A stretch of DNA of 24,088 nucleotides from an uncultured bacterium (GTDB lineage Bacteria; Armatimonadota; Hebobacteria; Hebobacterales; Hebobacteraceae): the NCBI GenBank assembly GCA_964635365.1, contig CAZWRO010000004.1, positions 6,800-30,887 of the forward strand, written 5' to 3'. Of the stretch, positions 6,710 through 14,316 are shown piece after piece (the stretch's first letter is position 1; every line of letters begins with the position of its first letter). Both the position numbers and the translations under genes were made by a program. The notes under the pieces were generated by a model. The model searched no databases. It was not told where the DNA came from and worked only from the letters and a program-made list of their open reading frames with translations.

Positions 6710-9700
6710 ATGATCCGTTCCTTGCGTGTTGGCCTGCTCTTACTCGCACTTATCCTTCTGGTGGCGCACCCTTGCCTGTCGCAGAGCAGGGCGGATATGT
6801 ACCCGCTTGACGAAGTGCGCGTGGGTCAGCGCGCGGTGGCCAAGTCTGTGTTCCGCGGGACGCGGATCGAGTCGTTTCATGTGGAGATCATCGGGGTTCT
6901 GCGCAAGTTCGACGGCACTCGGAGCTTGATACTTGGCCGCGTGCTGGATGGGCCGGTGGTGGCGAGGAACAGCGGGGTGATAGGCGGCATGAGCGGGAGC
7001 CCAGTTTACATTGACGGGCGCCTGGCGGGAGCGATAGCTCTAACCTGGCCGTGGAGCAGGGAGCCGATAGCGGGGATCACGCCGATCGAGGATATGCTGG
7101 CCGCGTGGCAGACCGCACCTTCGGACGGGAGCCAACCGGCGGCGGCCTCCGGGGGGGCGCTCATCTCTCCACTGCGGGTGGAGGATACGGTCATTCGACG
7201 GCTGAACGTGGCTCCGACTCCCCCGGTGGAGCCAGACCCACCCGGAGTGATGACACTCGTGCCGTTGGGCGGGTTCATGCAGGTGTCGGGGTTCAACCGC
7301 CGAGGTCTGGAGCGTGTTGCCGAACTGCTGTCCCCTTACGGGCTGCACGTGGTGCAGGGGCCGGGCGGAACTGAAGATCAATTGACTCCCGCGCTGGTGC
7401 CGGGTGCGGCGCTCGGAGCGCAGTTGGTCCGGGGCGATTTCGATATGACCGCGCTGGGCACCGTGACCCTGGTGGAAGGCGACCGCGTGCTGGGTTTCGG
7501 GCACCCGCTCTTCGAGCTCGGAGCGATCGATGTGCCGATGACCGGGGGTTATGTACACGACATACTGCCGAGTCTGCAGTTCTCGAACAAGATCATGTCG
7601 GCCACGCAGGTGGTGGGCCGGATCTACCGAGATCACCAGTGCGCCATCGCCGGCGTGCGCGGCGAGCAGGCGGATATGCTTCCGGTGACCATAGAAGTGA
7701 CGGATCGCGATAGCGCTCGGTCGCGCACATTCGAGATCGAGGTGGCACGAATACGTCGGCTATTGCCGTCTCTGGTTGCGACCTCGGTGGTGACGGCGGT
7801 CGATGAGACGCGCGGGAGGGTCAACCGCGGCACCGCGCGCTTCAGCATGGATATTGAGCTTGAGGGACGTCCCGCTCTGCATCGCGAGGACGCGGGATAT
7901 AGCGAGGGCGACGCCGCCCTGGCGACGCTGTCTTTGGTGCTCGGGCCCCTGGCGCTGTTCACCGACAACCAGTTCGGTGAAGTTAGGATGAATGACGTAA
8001 GGATTCACTTGGAGACCGAGGACGCGCGGGAGACAGCCGCTATCGAGCGGGTGACCGTGGCGCAATCGCGGATTGAAGCGGGCGATGAAGTGACCTTGAA
8101 TGTGAGGGTCCGGCCTTATGGGAGAAGCTCGGCGGAGGTGCCGGTGCAGCTCTCGCTGCCGCCCGACCTGCCAACAGGACAGGTGCGCGTGGTTGTGAGC
8201 GGGGGGGCCAGCGCCGACGAGGCACGCCAGGCGATCGGCGCGCCCAGGCCGCGCCCGATCTCGTTGGATCAGTTGGTGGACCGCTATGTGTCCGGGGATG
8301 GAGCATCGGATCTGATCGTCCAGGCGCGGCTGCCGCGGGCCGGGGTGTCGCTGCTGGGCGCGGAGCTTCCTCGGCTGCCAGTGGCGGCACAGCAGGCGCT
8401 TCGGGCGGTCAACCCAACTGATCTGCGTCCTGCGCCCTCGGTGCTTAAGGCCATCGTCCCCACGGAGTGGGTGCTGACGGGGCGGCAGCTGGTGACGCTG
8501 CAGGTTGAGAGTCCGGTTGCCGCCGGGGCGCCGGCCAGGCCGGAGGCGCCACCCGCGGAAGGACCACCAGAGCAACCGGAGCCGGGAGAGAACGAGGCCG
8601 GTTCGCACGGTGGAAGAGGTGACGCGGTCGAGGTGCGAGGCGCGGAGTTGTTGCCGGCGGTAATCGAGCTGGCCGGCGGGAACAACAGCCGGGGACGCGG
8701 GGGGCAGGCAGCGGAGGAAGAGGGTCCGGAGCCGCCCACGCGAGCGCCCGAAGTCTGGGTGCATCAAACGAGGTCTGACTTCGCCGGGGCCGAGACGGAC
8801 AACGTGGCGGTCGATGTTGACGGCGGGCTGTCGCTTTCGTTGTCTCAGGCCGAACTGGCGCGACTGCCGGCAGACGTGATATGGAGCGTCGCGGTGCACG
8901 ACGGTGAAGTCTATGTTGGCACCGGCTGCAACGGTCTAGTTTACAGACTGTCGGATGGCGGGGAGCCGGTGGAGTTTTTCGCCACCGGGGAGATGAACGT
9001 GCACGCGCTGGCCTTCGACAGCGAAGGCAACCTGTATGCGGCCACCTCGCCGGAGGGGAGGCTGTTTCGCATTGCGCCGGACGGAACCGGGCGACTGGTG
9101 TCCGACTCCGAGAGCGCCTATCTCTGGTGTCTCGTGATTGGCCCGGAGGAAACGGTCTATGCCGGCGGAGGCGCTCCGGCAAGGATCTACGCGGTCCGCC
9201 CTGACGGTGAGTCGGAAGTGTTGGCGGAGCTTCCGGCGGCCAACGTTCTCTCCTTGGTCCGGGGGAGTGCGGGCGAGCTATTCGCGGGCACATCTGAGGC
9301 CGCTGTGATTTATCGGGCTGAGGCTGATCGGACTGTGAGAGCGCTGTGTCAACTTTCGGGCACTTCAGTCGACGCTTTGGTCATCGATGAAGACGGCGAT
9401 CTGTATGCCGCGGCTTCGCCCGGGGGGAACGTCTACAAAATCCCAAGTGACGGTCTGGCCGATCTGTACTGCGAGACGGATCAGCAGGTAATCCACGGGC
9501 TGGGCGCCATTTCGGGCGGAGATCTGATTGTCGCAACGGGACCGGAGGGAATCTTGGTGCGCGCGGCGGCCGCGGGGGAACCGGAAGCGATCTTTCGTCC
9601 GGAAGCGGGGATTGCGACGGCCCTTGTCGTGAGCGATGGCGCGGTGTATGTGGGGAGCTCGGGGCCGTCCGTGCTGCGCAGATTTGGGCCGGGGCAGGCG

Positions 9701-10633
9701 GCTGTGGGGTCGGTTGAGTCGACGGTCCTCGATGCGGGGAGGCCGGCGCGCTGGGGGAGGGCGAACTTGACGGCCAGCGTCCCGGAGGGAGCCGAGGTGC
9801 GGGTCGAAACGCGGTCGGGTAACTCGCCGGACGCGGAAGACCACTGGAGTAGTTGGTCCCCCGTGATGCAGGAGGTAATAACCAGCCCGCCGTCGCGGTA
9901 TCTTCAGTACAGGCTGCGCATCGCCGCTTCCGTGACGGGGGTGACTCCGACGGTGCAGCAGGTGCGGATCTCTTATCGCTCTCAGAATCGTCCTCCGGCG
10001 TGCTCGTTGAGGGCCCCGGAGGCGGGAGATCGAATTTCCGGGACGGTTGACATGACGTGGCAGGCCCGGGACCCCGATAGGGATACTCTAAGCTATCAGG
10101 CTGCGGTTTCTACTGACCTTGCGGAAAGCTGGGAGGAGCTGAAGGCGGGTCTCACGGAAACCACCTATGAGTGGGATACGACCGAGAGAGACGATGGCCG
10201 CTACGTGGTTCGGATCACGGCCAGCGATGTCCGCAGCGTGCCGGAGGATCCTCGCACGGCCAAGGATACGGTGATCGTCTGGGTGGATAACACGGCTCCA
10301 CAGGTCATGCTGTTCAGGACATCGGTTTCTGTGGGGGAGGATCGACGGGTGCAAGCGACGGGCATGGCAAGCGATGCGACTTCGCCGATTCGCAGCGTGG
10401 AGTACCGGGTGGATGAGGGGGAGTGGAGTTCTCTGCCGCTGCCCGCCATAGAGGCTTCGCTGACGGACTTCTCCGTGGCTACCGACGCCCTTGCGGTCGG
10501 CGAGCACACGCTCGAGGTGAGGGCGTTCGACGGCGCCGGGAACCTGGCGACCGACAGCGTGCAGGTTACCGTCGCAGAGGGCACGTCGGAGTCTGGCGTG
10601 CAGGCCACAGGGGAGGAAGTGCGGGAGCCTTAG
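6710..10633 (+). CDS. Secreted SpoIVB/S55-type serine peptidase fused to a beta-propeller and Ig/FN3-like domains
   Basis: Signal peptide; 'GVIGGMSGSPVYIDGRLAGAIA' (SpoIVB GIVQGMSGSPII type); 'ALGTVT…GFGHP'; Pro/Glu-rich linker; repeated 'xxLAxDxxGxLYAxT/S..G.v.r' propeller blades; C-terminal 'DNTAP' and 'GEHTLEVRAFDGAGN' Ig domains. ATG 6710 chosen because a signal peptide follows directly. Confidence 0.8.
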   Translation: MIRSLRVGLLLLALILLVAHPCLSQSRADMYPLDEVRVGQRAVAKSVFRGTRIESFHVEIIGVLRKFDGTRSLILGRVLDGPVVARNSGVIGGMSGSPVYIDGRLAGAIALTWPWSREPIAGITPIEDMLAAWQTAPSDGSQPAAASGGALISPLRVEDTVIRRLNVAPTPPVEPDPPGVMTLVPLGGFMQVSGFNRRGLERVAELLSPYGLHVVQGPGGTEDQLTPALVPGAALGAQLVRGDFDMTALGTVTLVEGDRVLGFGHPLFELGAIDVPMTGGYVHDILPSLQFSNKIMSATQVVGRIYRDHQCAIAGVRGEQADMLPVTIEVTDRDSARSRTFEIEVARIRRLLPSLVATSVVTAVDETRGRVNRGTARFSMDIELEGRPALHREDAGYSEGDAALATLSLVLGPLALFTDNQFGEVRMNDVRIHLETEDARETAAIERVTVAQSRIEAGDEVTLNVRVRPYGRSSAEVPVQLSLPPDLPTGQVRVVVSGGASADEARQAIGAPRPRPISLDQLVDRYVSGDGASDLIVQARLPRAGVSLLGAELPRLPVAAQQALRAVNPTDLRPAPSVLKAIVPTEWVLTGRQLVTLQVESPVAAGAPARPEAPPAEGPPEQPEPGENEAGSHGGRGDAVEVRGAELLPAVIELAGGNNSRGRGGQAAEEEGPEPPTRAPEVWVHQTRSDFAGAETDNVAVDVDGGLSLSLSQAELARLPADVIWSVAVHDGEVYVGTGCNGLVYRLSDGGEPVEFFATGEMNVHALAFDSEGNLYAATSPEGRLFRIAPDGTGRLVSDSESAYLWCLVIGPEETVYAGGGAPARIYAVRPDGESEVLAELPAANVLSLVRGSAGELFAGTSEAAVIYRAEADRTVRALCQLSGTSVDALVIDEDGDLYAAASPGGNVYKIPSDGLADLYCETDQQVIHGLGAISGGDLIVATGPEGILVRAAAAGEPEAIFRPEAGIATALVVSDGAVYVGSSGPSVLRRFGPGQAAVGSVESTVLDAGRPARWGRANLTASVPEGAEVRVETRSGNSPDAEDHWSSWSPVMQEVITSPPSRYLQYRLRIAASVTGVTPTVQQVRISYRSQNRPPACSLRAPEAGDRISGTVDMTWQARDPDRDTLSYQAAVSTDLAESWEELKAGLTETTYEWDTTERDDGRYVVRITASDVRSVPEDPRTAKDTVIVWVDNTAPQVMLFRTSVSVGEDRRVQATGMASDATSPIRSVEYRVDEGEWSSLPLPAIEASLTDFSVATDALAVGEHTLEVRAFDGAGNLATDSVQVTVAEGTSESGVQATGEEVREP

Positions 10634-10651
10634 GTCGCCAGCATGTCGGCG

Positions 10652-11395
10652 CTAGTGACGCCGCCCGCGGCGTCGAGATCGGAAGCCGCGGAAGGGTCGC
10701 GCGAACCAAGGTGGGTTGGGGGATGGCGTGGGTGACGAGCTGGTGAGGCGCACGTAGATATGCTGAGCCGTCTCACGATCTACGGCTATCTGGCTCTGCC
10801 CAAGGTCGAAGACGAAAGAGGGGAAGCGCTGCCGGAGCACGACGGGCGTACCCGGAACGGCCCCCAGGGAGAGCAACCGCTGTAGGATGTCGCGGCGCGG
10901 GGTCTGGAGATAGGCGATGACGCCGGTCTCGCCGGGCTTGAGATCCGCGAGGGATGAAACCACTGTCTGGGCGGCACGGGCACCCGCGCGGCAGCAGTCT
11001 CCCGGGGGGATGGGACTTCCGTGGGGGCAGAAGCGGGGATGGCCGAGCAGGGTGCAAACTTGGTCGTCGAGGCCCTTTCTGAGCAGGTGTTCGAACTTGC
11101 AGGCCGTCTCCGTGGCGAGGTTGTCGCTGACGTTGAGAACATCAACGAGGAGGCGTTCTGCAAGGCGCTCCCGCCGCAGCACCGAAGCGGCCTGTCGCGT
11201 TCCGGCGGCCGTAAGCGAGAAGCCCTCCGACTCTTGCTCGACCAGGCCGGCCTCCAGCAAGTCGCGCACAGTCTGACCGTCGGGCGAAGCATCGACGCCG
11301 TCTGGTGGAACCCACTTGTCGAGTTGCTCTTCCTCGGCCACGGCGAGGCTGGCGAGTAATTCCTCGGAGGCTTCGGTCAGCTCTATTTCGGGCAT
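10652..11395 (-). CDS. DtxR/MntR-family metal-binding protein with a degenerate N-terminal HTH and a C-terminal FeoA (SH3-like) domain
   Basis: 'LTAAG..A..VLRRERLAERLLVDVL', 'ACKFEH', 'LGHPRFCPHGSPIP' and FeoA 'LADLKPGETGVI…RLLSLGAVPGTPV'. Its ATG (11395-11393) overlaps the feoB TGA (TGATG coupling). The ORF-track extension to 12112 is spurious. Confidence 0.85.
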   Translation of the reverse strand: MPEIELTEASEELLASLAVAEEEQLDKWVPPDGVDASPDGQTVRDLLEAGLVEQESEGFSLTAAGTRQAASVLRRERLAERLLVDVLNVSDNLATETACKFEHLLRKGLDDQVCTLLGHPRFCPHGSPIPPGDCCRAGARAAQTVVSSLADLKPGETGVIAYLQTPRRDILQRLLSLGAVPGTPVVLRQRFPSFVFDLGQSQIAVDRETAQHIYVRLTSSSPTPSPNPPWFARPFRGFRSRRRGRRH

Positions 11396-13428
11396 CAGAT
11401 TTGCACCTCTAGTGCGGTCAGGATGAGATTCAGCAGCGCGCCCACTCCGAAGGCGAATGGCAGGATGAACCCGGCCACGGCCAGCGCAGTGCGGAGACCT
11501 CGCTCCTTCTGCATCACCAGGAATTGAGCGACACAGGGGATGAATAGCGTGATCGTCACCATGGCGACCACGAGCGGAACGCCGGATACGGCGCCGGCTG
11601 AATGGACGTCGAAGAGTCGGGCCGCGCCGTAATCGCGACGGAAGAAGCCGAAGAGAAAGGCATCGGCCGCAGCCTGGGGCAACCCGATGGCGGCCACCAG
11701 GGGGCGGAAAACGGAGAGGACCAGCTCGAAGATATGGGTGAGCTGACCGAGCCAGATCAAGACGCTGGCGAGCAGGAAGAGCGGGATGACTTCGATTGAG
11801 TACCACCGCAGCCTCGAAAAGGTCTTGACGGCGACGTTGCGCAGCGAAGGCGGTCGCAGGGGGGGCACCTCGACGTAGAAGCGAGCCGCCTCTCCCGGGA
11901 GAAGGCGAGCCGCCAGGAAGCCCGAGAGCAGGAACACCATTATTAGGACGCCGGCCCAGATGGCGAGGCCCAATGGATGCAGGGAGAGGAGTCCGAGGAT
12001 GACGCCGAGCTGGGCCGAGCACGGGATCGCGAGAGCAAGCAGGAAAGTAGCGATCAATCTCTCTCGCCGCGTTTCCAACACTCGCGTAACCAGGGTGGCC
12101 ATGGTGCCACATCCGAGCCCCAGGACGAGCGGGATGACGGCGCGACCGGAGAGACCTATGCGCTTGAACAGTCGATCGACGAGGAGTGCCAGGCGCGGGA
12201 GGTAGCCGCTGTCCTCAAGCACGGCGAAGGTCAGGAAGAAGGCGCCGACTAGAGGCAGCACGATGGCGAAGGCATAGCGCAGCCCCAGGGTGATGACGCC
12301 GAACTCACCGACGAACAGCGACGACCAGGTGGGATAGGGTAGCAGGTGCTCAACCCACGCGGTGAGGACCGGATTGATCCTCTCCCCGAATAGCTTCGCG
12401 TCGAGGAAGTCGACGAGTATTCCGGCCCCCAGTCGGCCAACGATCAGATAGAGACCGACGTAGAGGACGGCGATCAAGAGGGGGATGCCGGCAAGCGGAT
12501 GCATTGCCATCCGCCCCAGCACTTCCATGAAAGTCGCGCGCACCGGGCGCGGGCGCGCGACGACGACCTCATCTGCGAGGCGGTCGGCCGCTTTCTGTCG
12601 GGCGACAGCAATCGGGAATATAAGGGGCTGAAGGTACTGGGCCTCCGCGTCGGAGACGGCCTTCTCGATCTCCGGGATCGAGTCGGGATCGGTTTGCAGC
12701 ACACGCTCCCAGATTCCGGCCTCGCGCTGAAGTAATTGAAGCGCCAGGGCCCGCGCCGAGATTGCGTATTCCCCACGCAAGGTCGTCGTGATTCGTTCGA
12801 TCGTCGACTCAATGGGCGGCGGATATTCGACGGAGAAGTCGGATACAGACGGCAACGAGTCCGAGATCAACACGCGCAGTCGGTCCATGCCGAGGCCGAC
12901 GGCAGCCGCGGTGGCGACGACGGAGAGGCTGAGGCGGCGGGCCAAGGCGCCTAAGTCGACTTGCATGCCGGCCCGCGTGGCTTCGTCGATGATGTTCATG
13001 TCCAGGACTATGGGGAGTCCGGCCTCGATGAGCTGGAAGGTGAGCGGGAGCATGCGACGGAGGTTCTTCGCATCGACGACGTGGACGAGCAGGTCGGGCG
13101 GGTCGTCCAGCAGGAGGTCTCTAGCGACGCTCTCGTCCTGGGACAACGGGGTGAGGGAGTAGGTGCCGGGACTGTCCAGTACTTCGAGCAGAACGTGGCC
13201 TATGCGAGAGTGGCCACGGGCGACTTCGACGGTCGTGCCAGGGTAATTCGACACCACGGCATAGGAGCCGGTGAGCTGGTTGAAGATAACGCTCTTGCCG
13301 ACGTTCGGCGACCCGAAGAGGACCAACTTTCGGGCGGTGGTGGGCCCGGCGAGGGCGCAGCTATCGCAATCACAGCCGAGCGCCCCGCTCAGGAGTCGAC
13401 GGAAGAAGTGCAGTGCTCGCAAGATCAC
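11395..13428 (-). CDS. feoB: Ferrous iron (or Mn2+) transporter FeoB
   Basis: G1 GSPNVGKS, G2 NYPGTTVE, G3 DSPG, G4 NIID; membrane domain with 'LEDSGYLPRLA', 'LGLGC' and 'IPCSAQ'. GTG at 13428 lies directly after the upstream stop, with a GAGGG SD. Confidence 0.95.
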   Translation of the reverse strand: MILRALHFFRRLLSGALGCDCDSCALAGPTTARKLVLFGSPNVGKSVIFNQLTGSYAVVSNYPGTTVEVARGHSRIGHVLLEVLDSPGTYSLTPLSQDESVARDLLLDDPPDLLVHVVDAKNLRRMLPLTFQLIEAGLPIVLDMNIIDEATRAGMQVDLGALARRLSLSVVATAAAVGLGMDRLRVLISDSLPSVSDFSVEYPPPIESTIERITTTLRGEYAISARALALQLLQREAGIWERVLQTDPDSIPEIEKAVSDAEAQYLQPLIFPIAVARQKAADRLADEVVVARPRPVRATFMEVLGRMAMHPLAGIPLLIAVLYVGLYLIVGRLGAGILVDFLDAKLFGERINPVLTAWVEHLLPYPTWSSLFVGEFGVITLGLRYAFAIVLPLVGAFFLTFAVLEDSGYLPRLALLVDRLFKRIGLSGRAVIPLVLGLGCGTMATLVTRVLETRRERLIATFLLALAIPCSAQLGVILGLLSLHPLGLAIWAGVLIMVFLLSGFLAARLLPGEAARFYVEVPPLRPPSLRNVAVKTFSRLRWYSIEVIPLFLLASVLIWLGQLTHIFELVLSVFRPLVAAIGLPQAAADAFLFGFFRRDYGAARLFDVHSAGAVSGVPLVVAMVTITLFIPCVAQFLVMQKERGLRTALAVAGFILPFAFGVGALLNLILTALEVQI

Positions 13429-13429
13429 G

Positions 13430-14098
13430 CTAGCCTGTCCCTCGAACGGGCCGCACCCGAATCGCGGCGGCGGGCGCCGCACCAAGTGCGTGAGCCTGTC
13501 CGCCGACATCAACGACCAGCACCTCTCCGATGGATTCTCGCAGCTTTACCTTGACGCGACGACCGGGCAGCAGCTTACGCTCCGATAGGTAGCGCACCAT
13601 GTCCGACGACTCGTCGTCGAGGCGAACGATGGTGAAGGTTCGGCCCGGTGGGGCTTCGGCCAGGGAAATAGTGTGATCATCGACGGAGACGTCAATGGGG
13701 TGACCGTGAGGGCAAGCCTCCGGCCGGCCAAGGGTTTGGGCGATGCGATGCTCCAGCTCGGGCGATACCGCGTGCTCTATACGGCAGGCCTCGTCGTGAG
13801 CCTGCTCGAGGGGAAACCCGAGGAGGTCTGTGAGAAGCCGCTCGGCAAGTCGGTGTCGGCGGATCAATTCATGTGCCCGCAGCTGGCCTTTGGGGGTAAG
13901 CGATATGCGTCCGTAGCGGCGGTAGGTTATGAGTCTGAGGTCGGAAAGACGTCTGAGCATGCCGGTGACGGAGGCCGGCTTCACGTTGAGGTGTTTGGAT
14001 AGGCGTGTGGTGGAAACACCCTCAGGGCTGTGCTGAAGTCGCTCGATGGCTTCCAGGTACTCTTCCGCGCTGTCCGACAGTGGCTTGGGGGATGGCAT
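13430..14098 (-). CDS. DtxR/MntR-family metal-dependent transcriptional regulator with a FeoA domain
   Basis: 'AEEYLEAI…VKPASVTGMLRRL' wHTH, 'RRHRLAERLL', 'AHDEACRIEH', 'CPHGHPI' and a C-terminal FeoA domain. AAGGAG SD at 14110-14105. Confidence 0.92.
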   Translation of the reverse strand: MPSPKPLSDSAEEYLEAIERLQHSPEGVSTTRLSKHLNVKPASVTGMLRRLSDLRLITYRRYGRISLTPKGQLRAHELIRRHRLAERLLTDLLGFPLEQAHDEACRIEHAVSPELEHRIAQTLGRPEACPHGHPIDVSVDDHTISLAEAPPGRTFTIVRLDDESSDMVRYLSERKLLPGRRVKVKLRESIGEVLVVDVGGQAHALGAAPAAAIRVRPVRGTG

Positions 14099-14127
14099 CG
14101 CGCGCTCCTTTAGCCAGTACGACGTAG

Positions 14128-14149
14128 AATATTAGCCTCGCCTAACATT
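14128..14149. promoter_or_regulatory. Putative DtxR/MntR-family operator (imperfect palindrome)
   Basis: AATATTAG-CCTCGC-CTAACATT (7/8 arm symmetry). The core TTAGGCGAGGCTAA on the minus strand resembles the DtxR/IdeR TTAGG…CCTAA box and overlaps the -10 element. Confidence 0.7.
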
Positions 14150-14173
14150 ATACCACAACGGAAGCAGAGTCAA
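14147..14173 (-). promoter_or_regulatory. Sigma70-type promoter of the dtxR-feoB operon
   Basis: Minus strand: TTGACT (14173-14168), 15-nt spacer, perfect TATAAT (14152-14147) with extended TG; lies in an AT-rich patch. The spacer is short, but the extended -10 may compensate. Confidence 0.65.
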
Positions 14174-14251
14174 GCAGCCCGGGCGCAGCGATCTCGACAG
14201 GCGGCGAGACCTCTCGCGCGGGTCGGGCGGAAGCGTTCGGGGGGAAGTGAT

Positions 14252-14282
14252 GCGGCACCCCGTGTGATACACGGGGTGCCGC
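14252..14282 (-). terminator. Perfect 14-bp hairpin downstream of the A2M gene (probable terminator)
   Basis: GCGGCACCCCGTGT-GAT-ACACGGGGTGCCGC, 34 nt after the A2M stop; only a weak U-tail on the minus strand (AUCACUU). Confidence 0.6.
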
Positions 14283-14316
14283 TTCTTGTCGACCGTACTA
14301 TCTTCGGTGCGGGAGG

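Noticed and set aside
7760-9293. Minus-strand ORFs of 379 and 282 aa inside the S55 gene
   Set aside because: Antisense shadows with Arg/Pro-rich composition and no domain signal.
11396-12112. N-terminal 239 codons of the 486-aa ORF 10652-12112
   Set aside because: Out-of-frame overlap with feoB and Arg/Pro-rich nonsense composition. The DtxR-like protein starts at ATG 11395, coupled to the feoB stop.
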